Virus record (IMG/VR): IMGVR_UViG_3300030376_000179
Coordinates: 1-50,337 of that record
Length of the DNA: 50,337 bases
Origin: a virus
Taxonomy: Duplodnaviria > Caudoviricetes
Strand: one strand, 5' to 3'
Part shown: in pieces, positions 27,511 to 37,954 of the stretch
Layout: every line of letters starts with the position of its first letter
How positions within the stretch are numbered: position 1 is the first letter of the stretch
The notes under the pieces: model-generated
Seen by the model: the letters and a program-made list of their open reading frames with translations, nothing else
Databases searched by the model: none
What the model was told of the DNA's origin: nothing
Made by a program: the position numbers and the translations under genes

Positions 27511-29061
27511 GTGGCAGAAATATTTGGTTTCGAGATCAAACGTAAGGAACAAAAACCTAACTCACAGTCGTTTACAGCGCCAACGTCAGATGATGGCACG
27601 CAAACTATTATGGGTGGTGGTCACTTTGGTACCTACCTTGATATTGAAGGAAAAGTAAATAACGAAGCTGATTTAATTAGAAGATATAGAGAAATCGCAA
27701 TGCACCCAGAGTGTGATATGGCGATTGAAGATATTATTAATGAGTCAATTGTCGTTGATGACACACAAGAGGTAGTAAAACTATCATTAGATAATGTACC
27801 TTTTTCATCACAAATTAAAAAAAGAATAGCAGACGAGTTTAAGAGCATAATAAATTTATTAGAGTTCGAACAAAAAGGTCATGACATATTTCGTAGATGG
27901 TATGTAGATGGTCGTATCGTATATCACAAACTTATTGATCCTAAAGATACTAAAAAAGGTATCACAGAATTAAGATATATTGATCCTAGAAAAGTTAAAA
28001 AAGTAAGAGCACCTAAATCAAAACCTGGTTCAGAGTTTGCCCCAAAAGAAGTGCAAGGCGGTGTACAAAAACCTGGTGCAATAGAATTTGAAGAATTTTT
28101 TATCTACAACGAAAAAGGTGTACAACCGGGTGCAAGTGCAACACAAGGTTTAAAGATAGCAAAAGACGCTATCGCATTTTGTCCTAGTGGTCTTGTAGAT
28201 CAACAAAGAAATATGATAATGTCTTATTTACATAAGGCAATCAAACCAGTTAATCAGTTGCGAATGATTGAGGATAGTGTTGTTATCTATCGTATATCAA
28301 GAGCACCTGAAAGAAGAATTTTTTACATTGATGTAGGTAATCTGCCTAAAGTAAAAGCAGAACAATATCTAAAAGATGTAATGAACAGATATAGAAACAA
28401 ACTTGTATATGACGCCTCTACTGGTGAAATTAGAGACGACAGAAAATATATGAGTATGTTAGAAGATTTTTGGTTACCTAGACGTGAAGGTGGTCGGGGT
28501 ACTGAAATAACTACACTACCTGGTGGATCAAATCTAGGTGAGATAGATGATATCAAATACTTTCAAAAGAAATTATTTCAATCATTGAATGTACCTTATT
28601 CTAGATTAGATAGTGAAGCAGCAGGTGGATTACAGTTAGGTAGGTCAACTGAGATAAATCGTGACGAATTAAAGTTCACTAAATTTGTTTCAAGATTAAG
28701 AAATAGATTTAATACATTATTTCATGACTTACTCAAAACACAACTTATTCTCAAAGGTATTGTAACTATCGAGGATTGGGACAATTCACTAAGTCAATCA
28801 ATTAAGTATCATTATGTAAATGACGGATATTTCGCAGAGATAAAAGAAAGTGAAATGTTCAAAGAAAGAATGGAAATCTATCGTAACGTAAAAGAAAACG
28901 GAATGATGGGAGATGTTTATTCTAAAGACTATGTAATGAAAAGAATACTTAAAATGACTGACGCAGAGTTAGAAGACGAGAAAGATAAAATTAAAAGTGA
29001 AATAGCATCTGGCGAGTTGCCAGATCCAAACGCAAAGAAAGATGATGACGGAGGATTTTAA
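27511..29061 (+). CDS. gp20: portal protein gp20
   Basis: WYVDGR, NQLRMIED.VVIYRISRAPERRIFYIDVGN and EDFWLPRREGGRGTEITTLPGG motifs. Confidence 0.95.
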   Translation: MAEIFGFEIKRKEQKPNSQSFTAPTSDDGTQTIMGGGHFGTYLDIEGKVNNEADLIRRYREIAMHPECDMAIEDIINESIVVDDTQEVVKLSLDNVPFSSQIKKRIADEFKSIINLLEFEQKGHDIFRRWYVDGRIVYHKLIDPKDTKKGITELRYIDPRKVKKVRAPKSKPGSEFAPKEVQGGVQKPGAIEFEEFFIYNEKGVQPGASATQGLKIAKDAIAFCPSGLVDQQRNMIMSYLHKAIKPVNQLRMIEDSVVIYRISRAPERRIFYIDVGNLPKVKAEQYLKDVMNRYRNKLVYDASTGEIRDDRKYMSMLEDFWLPRREGGRGTEITTLPGGSNLGEIDDIKYFQKKLFQSLNVPYSRLDSEAAGGLQLGRSTEINRDELKFTKFVSRLRNRFNTLFHDLLKTQLILKGIVTIEDWDNSLSQSIKYHYVNDGYFAEIKESEMFKERMEIYRNVKENGMMGDVYSKDYVMKRILKMTDAELEDEKDKIKSEIASGELPDPNAKKDDDGGF

Positions 29062-29267
29062 TGAGTATTGAGAATACAAAAAATATAATTAACGCTTTAG
29101 ATAAAGGCGATACAGTAGGGGCAGAGAAAGAGTTCAAAGCCGCTCTATCAGATAAAGTAGGTACTGAGTTAGACGCAAAGCGAAAAGACTTAGCAGGTAC
29201 TTTTATAACAAAACAAACAGAGGTAGAAACTGATGATAACACTCAATCAACTGAGATTGACGATTAA
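29061..29267 (+). CDS. gp67: prohead core protein gp67-like
   Basis: Small acidic protein directly after the portal gene. Confidence 0.6.
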   Translation: MSIENTKNIINALDKGDTVGAEKEFKAALSDKVGTELDAKRKDLAGTFITKQTEVETDDNTQSTEIDD

Positions 29268-29481
29268 AGAAAAAGACGAACACAAACGTTCTTTGACTTA
29301 TAAGAAGTTATCGCCTAGAGTTAAGAAGGCAGTTGATGATGTTTTTGGCATGATGTCAAAGGCACCTCAAAAGGTTTTAACTATGTTTCCTAAGATAATG
29401 AAAGACATTGCAAAGAAACATCAGGTACAACCAAAAGACATTGAAACCTATTTCGCAAAAGAAACAGGTCTAACCATATAA
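29233..29481 (+). CDS. small basic hypothetical protein in the head module
   Basis: 82 aa, GAGG RBS upstream, at the gp68 position. Confidence 0.5.
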   Translation: MITLNQLRLTIKEKDEHKRSLTYKKLSPRVKKAVDDVFGMMSKAPQKVLTMFPKIMKDIAKKHQVQPKDIETYFAKETGLTI

Positions 29482-29493
29482 AGGAGAGTAAAA

Positions 29494-29898
29494 ATGGCAA
29501 TAGTAAACGCAAGAAATTTAGTAGATAGTGAATCAAGAACAGTAAGAATGTTTGAGATTAACAATGCTACTAACTCAAACGTAGTATGTGTTGACGCAAG
29601 TGCATTAAGAGGGCACTCATCTAACCCAACACTACACATAAGAAGTATTAAATGGAACACAACAGCGGCAACAAGTGACATAGCATTATTATTTGACGCT
29701 TCATCAAACGACCATGCTATATCGATACATGGTAGTGGTGAGTATGGGTTTCATGGTAAACAACCATTGATCACAAATCCAGAGAGTTCTGGCGTAACAG
29801 GTGATATCTTAATCACTAATGCGAGTGCTGTTACAGGCACAATAATAATTGAAGTAACAAAAGCAAAAGGTTATGACTTCTCAGGACAAACAAGATAA
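29494..29898 (+). CDS. hypothetical beta-rich protein (paralog of next gene)
   Basis: Shares VDASAL, LFD and TGDIL motifs with 29898..30284; AAGGAG RBS. Confidence 0.6.
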   Translation: MAIVNARNLVDSESRTVRMFEINNATNSNVVCVDASALRGHSSNPTLHIRSIKWNTTAATSDIALLFDASSNDHAISIHGSGEYGFHGKQPLITNPESSGVTGDILITNASAVTGTIIIEVTKAKGYDFSGQTR

Positions 29899-30284
29899 TG
29901 GCTGATACAGTTACATCACAAACTATAGCAGACGTATCTGGTTCTAAAACCGTTATGAAGTTTACAAACTTCTCAGACGGCACAGGAGAAAGTCTTGTAA
30001 CGAAGGTAGACGCAAGCGCATTAAATCATGCGTCATCATCTACTAAAATTGCAAGAGTAATTTATAGTATCAACACAACGGATCCTAAGGGGTCCGTTGA
30101 AATACTCTTTGACGGTACAACAAATGCGTCAGCATTATTTCTATCAGGTCAAGGAACGATTGATTTACAAACACCGGCGATACAGATAGCAAACAATGCT
30201 GGTACGCCAACAGGAGACATATTGTTTTCTACGCACAACTTCGTATCAAATGACAGTTATACTGTGATTTTAGAGGTTAGGTAG
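29898..30284 (+). CDS. hypothetical beta-rich protein (paralog of previous gene)
   Basis: TAATG coupling; shared motifs with 29494..29898. Confidence 0.6.
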   Translation: MADTVTSQTIADVSGSKTVMKFTNFSDGTGESLVTKVDASALNHASSSTKIARVIYSINTTDPKGSVEILFDGTTNASALFLSGQGTIDLQTPAIQIANNAGTPTGDILFSTHNFVSNDSYTVILEVR

Positions 30285-30312
30285 ATAAATAATTACTAAC
30301 ATAGGGGAAGAA

Positions 30313-30972
30313 ATGAAACTAATAAGAGAAGAAATCAACGATTGCGAATACATTGTTGAGGACAAGGGTGATGGCAGTAAGAAGCACTATATTCGTGGTA
30401 TCTTTATGCAAGCGAACATCAAAAATAGAAATGGTCGTGTCTATCCCCAAGAAGTTCTTGAAAATGAAGTAAATCGTTATAGAAAAGAATTTATAAATCG
30501 TAAGAGAGCATTTGGTGAATTAGGACATCCTGATGGACCAACTGTAAATTTAGAGAGAGTATCACACTTAATCACTAGATTAGAACCTGATAATAAGGGT
30601 AACTATATTGGTGAAGCAAAGATTACTGATACGCCTTACGGTAAAATCGTCAAATCATTAATAGATGAAGGCGCACAACTAGGAGTTTCTTCTAGAGGCA
30701 TGGGTTCTCTGGAGAATAAGGGTGGTACAAACTATGTAAAATCAGACTTTTACTTAGCAACTGCTGCCGATATTGTCGCAGATCCGTCAGCACCTCAAGC
30801 ATTCGTCAACGGCGTAATGGAAGGTAAAGAGTGGATATGGGACAACGGACTACTTAAAGAAAAGGAAGTATCTGAAATCCAAGAGCAAATCAACCGTGAA
30901 ACTAGAGAAAGAAATGCTAGAGCAGAAGCAAATGCTTTTGAAAACTTTATGCAAAAACTTACAAAAAGATAA
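30313..30972 (+). CDS. gp21: prohead protease gp21
   Basis: NRNGRVYP, GELGHP, GVSSRGMGS and DIVADPSAP motifs. Confidence 0.95.
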   Translation: MKLIREEINDCEYIVEDKGDGSKKHYIRGIFMQANIKNRNGRVYPQEVLENEVNRYRKEFINRKRAFGELGHPDGPTVNLERVSHLITRLEPDNKGNYIGEAKITDTPYGKIVKSLIDEGAQLGVSSRGMGSLENKGGTNYVKSDFYLATAADIVADPSAPQAFVNGVMEGKEWIWDNGLLKEKEVSEIQEQINRETRERNARAEANAFENFMQKLTKR

Positions 30973-31018
30973 ATAGTTTTACGCAAAATTTCTATAGAAA
31001 TTAGGAGAGATATAACAA

Positions 31019-32272
31019 ATGACAAACGAAATCAAAAACGAGAATGATATCGTTGAAACTCCTCAGGGAGTTGAAGAAGTCGCTAACGCACCTACTAAAG
31101 GATCTGGTAAAGCAGAACCTATGGTAAAAGCAGATGGTGAAGTACAAGACGGAGGACCAGCAGTAGTTAGTCCAGACGCTAAGTCTTCATCAACTGATCA
31201 CGCAAAAAAAGCGAAAAAAGATTCTTCAGCGCCTACGAAAGGTGCCGCTTCACCAGAGCCAATGGCAAAAGTGAAAGAAGAAGCGGAAGACGAGTCAGAA
31301 CAAGAAATAGTTAAAGAAGCTGAAATGCCTAAAACTAAATCAGGTATGATCCAAGCAATGTATGACAGCATGAACAAAATGAAGAAAGCGGATATCGCTG
31401 CTTCATATGGTAAAGTGATGGCTGCAATGAATGGTGAGTCTGATGAAAATGATGATGAAGATCCAGCAGAAGAAAAGAAAGTTAATAAAGAAGCAGTAGA
31501 AAATAGAGTAAAATCTATTGATGTTTCTGATGACGTTAACGCTCTTGTATCTGGTGATGACTCATTGTCGGAAGAGTTTAAAACTAAAGCTGCAACAATC
31601 TTTGAAGCTGCTGTAAAATCAAAAGTAAAATCTGAAATCGTAAGATTAGAAGGTGAATACGAAAATGAGTTAGCAGAAGCAAAAGAAACTGTGAAAGAAG
31701 AATTAACTGTAAAAGTTGATAACTACTTAAACTATGTTGTAGAACAATGGATGACTGATAACGAGCTTGCTATCGAAAAAGGTATCAAGGGCGAAATCGC
31801 AGAGGATTTCATTGCAGGTCTTAAAACTCTATTCGAAGATCATTACATTGACGTTCCAGATGAAAAGTATGACGTTCTAGAATCGAAAGAAAAAGAACTA
31901 GAAGAAATGAAATCTAAAGTTAATGAAATGACTGAGAAGGCAGTAGCTGACAAAAAGTTAATCGAAGGTTACACTAAAGACGAAATTTTTGAAAGTGCAG
32001 TAGACGGCATGGCTGATACTGAAAAAGAAAAAATGAAATCTCTAGTAGAAGATGTAGCATTCGAAGGTGCAGACGCATACTCTAAAAAACTTTCTACAAT
32101 TAAAGAAAGTTACTTTGGCGTAGCAAAAGAAGCACCAGCGTCAACTGAAAATGTTGACACAATAAAAGATTCCAATGATGGTAACATAGTAGCGGATATG
32201 TCTGATAGCATGTCTCGTTATGCGGCTGCAATCAGTAGGGGACAAAGTAGAGACATCTACAACAAACAATAG
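31019..32272 (+). CDS. gp22: prohead scaffold protein gp22
   Basis: LSEEFKTKAATIFEAAV and VDNYLNYVVEQW motifs; acidic coiled coil; synteny. Confidence 0.9.
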   Translation: MTNEIKNENDIVETPQGVEEVANAPTKGSGKAEPMVKADGEVQDGGPAVVSPDAKSSSTDHAKKAKKDSSAPTKGAASPEPMAKVKEEAEDESEQEIVKEAEMPKTKSGMIQAMYDSMNKMKKADIAASYGKVMAAMNGESDENDDEDPAEEKKVNKEAVENRVKSIDVSDDVNALVSGDDSLSEEFKTKAATIFEAAVKSKVKSEIVRLEGEYENELAEAKETVKEELTVKVDNYLNYVVEQWMTDNELAIEKGIKGEIAEDFIAGLKTLFEDHYIDVPDEKYDVLESKEKELEEMKSKVNEMTEKAVADKKLIEGYTKDEIFESAVDGMADTEKEKMKSLVEDVAFEGADAYSKKLSTIKESYFGVAKEAPASTENVDTIKDSNDGNIVADMSDSMSRYAAAISRGQSRDIYNKQ

Positions 32273-32296
32273 TAAGAAAAAGGAGAGAATAAACAA

Positions 32297-33559
32297 ATGT
32301 TTAATTCACAAAACTTACAGGAAAAATGGCAACCCGTACTTGAGCACGGTGATCTACCAAAAATAGATAACCCTTACAAAAGAGCGGTAACTGCTGTTAT
32401 TCTTGAAAACCAAGAAAAAGCTGCGAAAGAAGATCAAGCGTTCTTGGGTGAAATTGCAAACGTAACTGGTTCAGCGATAGCTAACTGGGACCCGATTTTA
32501 ATATCACTCGTAAGAAGAGCAATGCCTAATCTTATCGCATACGACATCTGTGGTGTACAACCAATGACTGGTCCAACTGGTCTTATCTTCGCAATGAAGA
32601 GCAGATTTACTTCAAACTCAGGCACAGAAGCGCTATTCAATGAAGCAGATTCAGATTTCTCTGGAACTGGTACTCATAGTGCGACACTAAATCCAGGGTT
32701 AATGAACGATACTACAACTAGTGTAACTGCTGGTACTGGTATTGCAACAGCAACTGCTGAAGCAAGTTCATCTTTCGCTGAAATGGCATTTAGTATTGAG
32801 AAATCTACTGTTACTGCTAAAACTAGACAGTTAAAAGCAGAATACACAATGGAACTTGCTCAAGACTTAAAAGCTATCCACGGTTTAGACGCTGAAACAG
32901 AATTGGCTAACATCCTATCTGCTGAGATCCTTGCAGAGATCAACAGAGAAGTAGTAAGAACAATTTATGAAAAAGCGAAAAAAGGTGCTAACCAAAACAC
33001 AACTACATCAGGTACTTTTGATTTAGATACAGACTCTAACGGTCGTTGGTCAGTAGAAAAATTCAAAGGTCTTATGTTCCAAGTTGAGAGAGACGCTAAC
33101 GTAATTGCACAAGAAACAAGAAGAGGAAGAGGTAATATTATTATTTGTTCATCTGACGTTGCTTCAGCACTACAAATGGCGGGTGTATTAGATTACGCTC
33201 CTGCTCTTAACAATAGCCTAAACGTTGACGATACTGGTAATACTTTTGCTGGTACTCTAAACGGTAAATACAAAGTTTACATTGATCCATATGCGTCTAA
33301 CAACACTACGGCTCAATACTTTGTAATTGGTTATAAAGGTACTTCACCTTATGATGCTGGTATGTTCTATTGCCCATACGTTCCACTACAAATGGTGAGA
33401 GCGGTTGGTGAGAATACATTCCAACCAAAAATTGGTTTCAAAACTAGATATGGTCTAATTAGAAACCCATTTGCGGAAAGTTCTGCTCAAACTACTGACG
33501 TAGGAACAGATCAAGCAAACATTTACTACAGAATGGTAAAAGTTACAAACTTAATGTAA
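32297..33559 (+). CDS. gp23: major capsid protein gp23
   Basis: GVQPMTGPTGLIFAM, LKAEYTMELAQDLKAIHGLDAETEL and FQPKIGFKTRYG motifs. Confidence 0.97.
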   Translation: MFNSQNLQEKWQPVLEHGDLPKIDNPYKRAVTAVILENQEKAAKEDQAFLGEIANVTGSAIANWDPILISLVRRAMPNLIAYDICGVQPMTGPTGLIFAMKSRFTSNSGTEALFNEADSDFSGTGTHSATLNPGLMNDTTTSVTAGTGIATATAEASSSFAEMAFSIEKSTVTAKTRQLKAEYTMELAQDLKAIHGLDAETELANILSAEILAEINREVVRTIYEKAKKGANQNTTTSGTFDLDTDSNGRWSVEKFKGLMFQVERDANVIAQETRRGRGNIIICSSDVASALQMAGVLDYAPALNNSLNVDDTGNTFAGTLNGKYKVYIDPYASNNTTAQYFVIGYKGTSPYDAGMFYCPYVPLQMVRAVGENTFQPKIGFKTRYGLIRNPFAESSAQTTDVGTDQANIYYRMVKVTNLM

Positions 33560-33586
33560 TTTCACCTCCATACTGGAGATTTAAAG

Positions 33587-33612
33587 AGGGGGCGATTATG
33601 CCCCCTTTTTTT
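33587..33612 (+). terminator. intrinsic terminator after gp23
   Basis: AGGGGGC-GATTAT-GCCCCCT followed by a T-run. Confidence 0.85.
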
Positions 33613-33615
33613 GGT

Positions 33616-33623
33616 TATAAATA
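33616..33623 (+). promoter_or_regulatory. T4-type late promoter
   Basis: TATAAATA 5 nt before ATG 33629. Confidence 0.7.
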
Positions 33624-33628
33624 CTAAT

Positions 33629-34228
33629 ATGACAGACGCAACATTAGCAGCAAAACAACCAAGTGGAACTGGATTAGATTATGCAGATCCTACGAAGTTT
33701 AAATTTCAAACAACTAAATTACCTAGAGTAGAGTTTAACTGTATTCAAGCGAATATACCAGGTATTACTCTTACAGAGATAAATCAACCAACTAGACTTG
33801 TAAATCTCAAAATACCAGGTAATGACTTGTCTTTTGAAAATCTGAACATTACATTTATTGTAGATGAAGATTTGACAAACTATCGTAGTGTGCATGATTG
33901 GATGGCGGGATTATCACAAACAGATAGTGACGACAAATACAGAGCATTGATTGCTGACGGTGCAGATAGAATGCCTAGATCACAACAAAATAATTCTACC
34001 AATGCAGGTAGTGTGACTAGTGCAACACCTGATGGTGCTATATATTCTGATAGTAAGTTAATTATTCTATCAGCAAGAAATACACCTTTAGTAGAGATAA
34101 CTTTTCAAGATTGTTACCCTCTAAGTTTATCTGCTCTAGAATACAATCAAAATGCCACAGACGTTGAATATTTGCAAGCGACAGTAAGTTTTGGGTATAA
34201 GATACACAGTTATACGACCCCATTTTAA
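33629..34228 (+). CDS. gp3: tail completion/tube terminator gp3-like
   Basis: ANIPGITL...FIVDEDLTNY...HDWM...F.DCYP.SLS motifs; start placed at ATG 33629. Confidence 0.8.
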   Translation: MTDATLAAKQPSGTGLDYADPTKFKFQTTKLPRVEFNCIQANIPGITLTEINQPTRLVNLKIPGNDLSFENLNITFIVDEDLTNYRSVHDWMAGLSQTDSDDKYRALIADGADRMPRSQQNNSTNAGSVTSATPDGAIYSDSKLIILSARNTPLVEITFQDCYPLSLSALEYNQNATDVEYLQATVSFGYKIHSYTTPF

Positions 34229-34257
34229 ACTTACTATATATTAAAAAGGATTAAATA

Positions 34258-34686
34258 ATGACACTTGATGAACTCCAGGCCCAGGCCGAAAAAGATTTGG
34301 CAATTGATGATACTGAACTAGACTTAGAAAGTCTAAAGACACCTCAACTACATTCTCAATATCTTAAAACATATTCAACTTATGCCTTAATGATGAAAAA
34401 GGCAGAAGGCGACTATTCAAAACTACACATAAAAAAATGGTTATTCTTTACAGGTAAAGCAGACCCACAAGAGTACAAAGACAAAAACTTTGATCTCAAA
34501 GTATTACGACAAGATGTTGATAAATTTATTGACGCTGATGATGAGATAATTAAACAAAGACAAAAAGTCGAATATCTAAAACAAATCTGTAGTTATTGTG
34601 AACACACACTCAAACAAATAAACAATCGCACATTTCAAATTAAGAACGCCATAGAGTGGAAAAAATTTACTATGGGCAGTATGTAA
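34258..34686 (+). CDS. uvsY: recombination mediator UvsY
   Basis: ESLKTPQLHS.Y...RTFQIKNAIEWKKF motifs. Confidence 0.9.
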   Translation: MTLDELQAQAEKDLAIDDTELDLESLKTPQLHSQYLKTYSTYALMMKKAEGDYSKLHIKKWLFFTGKADPQEYKDKNFDLKVLRQDVDKFIDADDEIIKQRQKVEYLKQICSYCEHTLKQINNRTFQIKNAIEWKKFTMGSM

Positions 34687-35192
34687 TGGACGAATATAAT
34701 AAATTTTTACCTAATAAAAACTTTAAAGAAATACAAGACACTTTAATGTCAGCGTATTTTCCGTATTTCAGACAGCCTAGTGTGGGAGTAAAAGATGAAA
34801 AAACATTAGGTTGTTTACTTACACATTTATTGGTTGTAAAAAGTAATATAGTTGCTAATGATCAATTAAATCATTTAGTTTTACAACCTATTATTAAGAG
34901 ATTTAATAAAATATATAAATCAATTAATTTAATACGAGTGAAGGTAAATTTATATCCTTATCAAAATCAACAATTCAAAAGTGCATATCATATTGACCAA
35001 CACGAAGATCATAAGGTTTGTTTGTTATCAATTAACACAAATAATGGATATACAGAATTTGAAAATGGTGCTATATTTAATGCTGTTGAAAATAATGCAT
35101 TAATATTTGATGGTAGTTTATCACATAGATCAGTTAGTCAAACAGATCATTCATCAAAAATAAACATTAATATAAACTACGAGGCATTTTAA
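34686..35192 (+). CDS. 2OG-Fe(II) oxygenase-like protein
   Basis: RVKVNL...YHID...NTNNGYT.F...FDGSLSH...ININY motifs; TAATG-coupled ATG at 34686. Confidence 0.7.
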   Translation: MDEYNKFLPNKNFKEIQDTLMSAYFPYFRQPSVGVKDEKTLGCLLTHLLVVKSNIVANDQLNHLVLQPIIKRFNKIYKSINLIRVKVNLYPYQNQQFKSAYHIDQHEDHKVCLLSINTNNGYTEFENGAIFNAVENNALIFDGSLSHRSVSQTDHSSKINININYEAF

Positions 35193-36007
35193 TGATATTC
35201 TGTATTGGTAATGGTGAAAGTCGAAAAGACTTTGATTTGTATAATCTAAAACCATTTGGTAAAACATATGGTTGTAACGGATTGTATAGAGATTTTGCAC
35301 CTGATGTTTTAGTTGCAATGGATTTTAATATATGTCATGAAATATATCGTAGTGGTTATGCATTTGATAATCTTGTATATTTAAAAGAGTGGGAAAAAAA
35401 TCCTGCTTCTTTATATGATAAGTTATTTCATTCTGAAACAGCAACAAAATTTATAGGTAATGTTGACCCTAAAGAATATACTGACGAGTGGGTTTGGAAA
35501 GATGAAAAGAAAAAATTTTTTGTGTGTTGGGCAAATAACGTAGACCTAATTAGAAAGTTTCGTGAAGAAAACAAAGACTGGCATGAAGACGATTTCAAGT
35601 TACATTTTGGCGAAGATCAAGAAGGATATAAAATAACATGGACAAAGAAAAAAGACAAAGTAGTAGGATTGGGCAAGTATCAGAAAGAGAAAACAAACGC
35701 AGGTGTCTTAATTGCAATGATGGCAGCGGATGTGGACAAAAAAATATATCTGATAGGTTACGATTATCACTCAAAATCAAAACAAGTAAACAACATATAC
35801 AAGGGAACAAAAGGGTACGTGGGGCCAAAAGCACAAGCGATTGATCCTCAAAATTGGATATATCACACTAAAAGATTATTAAACAAATATGACGAACATG
35901 AATTTATACATGTAGGTGAAAACATAGAAGAATTAGACGAAAGAAAAAATTGGACTAATATATCATATGAAGAATTAAATGAGCGAATTAAAAATAACAA
36001 AGTATAA
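35192..36007 (+). CDS. hypothetical protein with sialyltransferase/MAF-like glycosyltransferase motifs
   Basis: IGNGESR, YGCN.LYRDF.PD and IYLIGYD motifs. Confidence 0.5.
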   Translation: MIFCIGNGESRKDFDLYNLKPFGKTYGCNGLYRDFAPDVLVAMDFNICHEIYRSGYAFDNLVYLKEWEKNPASLYDKLFHSETATKFIGNVDPKEYTDEWVWKDEKKKFFVCWANNVDLIRKFREENKDWHEDDFKLHFGEDQEGYKITWTKKKDKVVGLGKYQKEKTNAGVLIAMMAADVDKKIYLIGYDYHSKSKQVNNIYKGTKGYVGPKAQAIDPQNWIYHTKRLLNKYDEHEFIHVGENIEELDERKNWTNISYEELNERIKNNKV

Positions 36008-37448
36008 CGAGTCATACATTAAGTGTACTAGTGAAGACTTAGGTCTGTTACAAGACTTGTCAGAGTTTTTTACCTTTCAAGTACCCGGTGCTTCTTTCAT
36101 GCCTAGTGTTCGTGCAAAGCGTTGGGACGGTAAGATAAGATTATTTTCAAAAGCAACAGGTAAGTTATATTATGGGTTACTACCCTATGTTGACTATTTT
36201 ATGCAAAATCGAGGGGGTACAACCATACACGAAGGTGTGGAAAAAACCCCTGGTGCTCTTGCTAGGGATGATTTTTCCAAGTTTGTTGACAAAATTTTAA
36301 CTAAATCAATGAAAATACGAGATTATCAATTAGACGCATTTACACACGCAATCAATCACAAACGATCAATATTATTATCACCAACTGCTTCAGGTAAGTC
36401 ATTAATCATTTATTGTATTATTCGAATGATGACAACATTAAAAAAAAGAAGTTTATTGATTGTACCTACAACTTCACTAGTAGAACAAATGTATAAAGAC
36501 TTTCAGGATTATAGTTGGGATGCAGAAAAATATGTACAACGAAAATATTACGGTTATGAAATAGATGACAGTAAGCCTGTTGTTATATCTACATGGCAAT
36601 CTCTTGCAACATTTGATAAGAAATACTTTGAACAGTTTGATTGTATTGTAGGTGATGAAGCACACTTATATAAATCTAAAGAATTGCAAAAAATTATGAG
36701 TGCTTGTGTCAATGCGAAATATCGTATAGGTACAACAGGTACACTTGATGACAGTAAAGTACACAAACTAGTATTAGAAGGTTTGTTTGGTCCTGTTACA
36801 AGTGTTACTACAACAAGAGAATTGATAGATAAAAAACAACTTGCAGATTTAAATATACAATGTCTAATATTAAAGTATGCAAAAGAAGAATGTATCAATG
36901 TTAAGGGTTTAACCTATCAAGAAGAAATGGACTATATAGTATCACATCAAAAAAGAAATAACTTCATAAAGAACCTCACAAAAGATCAAACAGGTAATAC
37001 TTTAGTTTTATTTCAGTATGTAGAGAAACACGGTAAGATTTTACATGATCTCATAGGTGACACACTAGACCCACACACACGAAAGTTATTTTTCGTTTAT
37101 GGTGGTACAGAAACTAAAGATAGAGAAACAATAAGGAGTATTACAGAAAATGAAAACAACGCAATTATTGTGGCGAGTTACGGAACTTTTTCTACTGGTA
37201 TTAATATTAGGAATCTTCATAACGTTATATTCGCAAGTCCTACCAAATCTAAAATTCGTATTTTACAGTCTCTTGGCCGTGGGTTGCGTCTTGGTGATAA
37301 TAAAGTTAAAGCAACTCTTTACGATATTGCTGATGACTTTTCTTATAAAGAAAAAAGAAACTTTACCCTTAATCACTTTATGGAAAGAGTAAATGTATAT
37401 TCAGAGCAAGAGTTTGATTACGAATTACATCACGTTGACATAGCATAA
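35979..37448 (+). CDS. uvsW: SF2 helicase UvsW
   Basis: SPTASGKS, GDEAH, STGINI and QSLGRGLR motifs. Confidence 0.93.
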   Translation: MSELKITKYNESYIKCTSEDLGLLQDLSEFFTFQVPGASFMPSVRAKRWDGKIRLFSKATGKLYYGLLPYVDYFMQNRGGTTIHEGVEKTPGALARDDFSKFVDKILTKSMKIRDYQLDAFTHAINHKRSILLSPTASGKSLIIYCIIRMMTTLKKRSLLIVPTTSLVEQMYKDFQDYSWDAEKYVQRKYYGYEIDDSKPVVISTWQSLATFDKKYFEQFDCIVGDEAHLYKSKELQKIMSACVNAKYRIGTTGTLDDSKVHKLVLEGLFGPVTSVTTTRELIDKKQLADLNIQCLILKYAKEECINVKGLTYQEEMDYIVSHQKRNNFIKNLTKDQTGNTLVLFQYVEKHGKILHDLIGDTLDPHTRKLFFVYGGTETKDRETIRSITENENNAIIVASYGTFSTGINIRNLHNVIFASPTKSKIRILQSLGRGLRLGDNKVKATLYDIADDFSYKEKRNFTLNHFMERVNVYSEQEFDYELHHVDIA

Positions 37449-37456
37449 ATATTAGT

Positions 37457-37924
37457 ATGAGCAAAGAAAACATTAAAGAAACAAAGATACAAATACCTTT
37501 AACTAAAGTATTGATGTTAGCAAATGGTCAGCAAGTAATTGCTGGTGTTACACATACTGAGGGCTCAACTTTTGTAAGACTTACAGAACCTTATAAAATA
37601 AGAATACACGAAAGTGTATTAGGCGATAAGATAGGTTATGTAGAAGAAAAAATGTCTTTGACGCCACTAGTCTTTCAAACAACTGATAAAATATATTCTG
37701 TGTTACGATCACATATAATAACTATAGGATCCCCAAATACAAATTTAAGAGAATACTATGATAATGTTAGAATGGGTTTGTTTCCGAGTATGAAAAAAGA
37801 ATTAGAACCGCTTCAATCAAAAATGTCAATGGATCAACAGTTTGACGAAATGATGGAGAAGATGAATGATGATGACTATTTTGATATGTTAGACTACTTA
37901 AAAGGTAACAAAACTAAGCAATAG
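37457..37924 (+). CDS. conserved hypothetical protein between uvsW and gp55
   Basis: 155-aa ORF; CATAAATA at 37444-37451. Confidence 0.6.
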   Translation: MSKENIKETKIQIPLTKVLMLANGQQVIAGVTHTEGSTFVRLTEPYKIRIHESVLGDKIGYVEEKMSLTPLVFQTTDKIYSVLRSHIITIGSPNTNLREYYDNVRMGLFPSMKKELEPLQSKMSMDQQFDEMMEKMNDDDYFDMLDYLKGNKTKQ

Positions 37925-37954
37925 GTATATACCTTATCAAAGCGGGACATCCGC

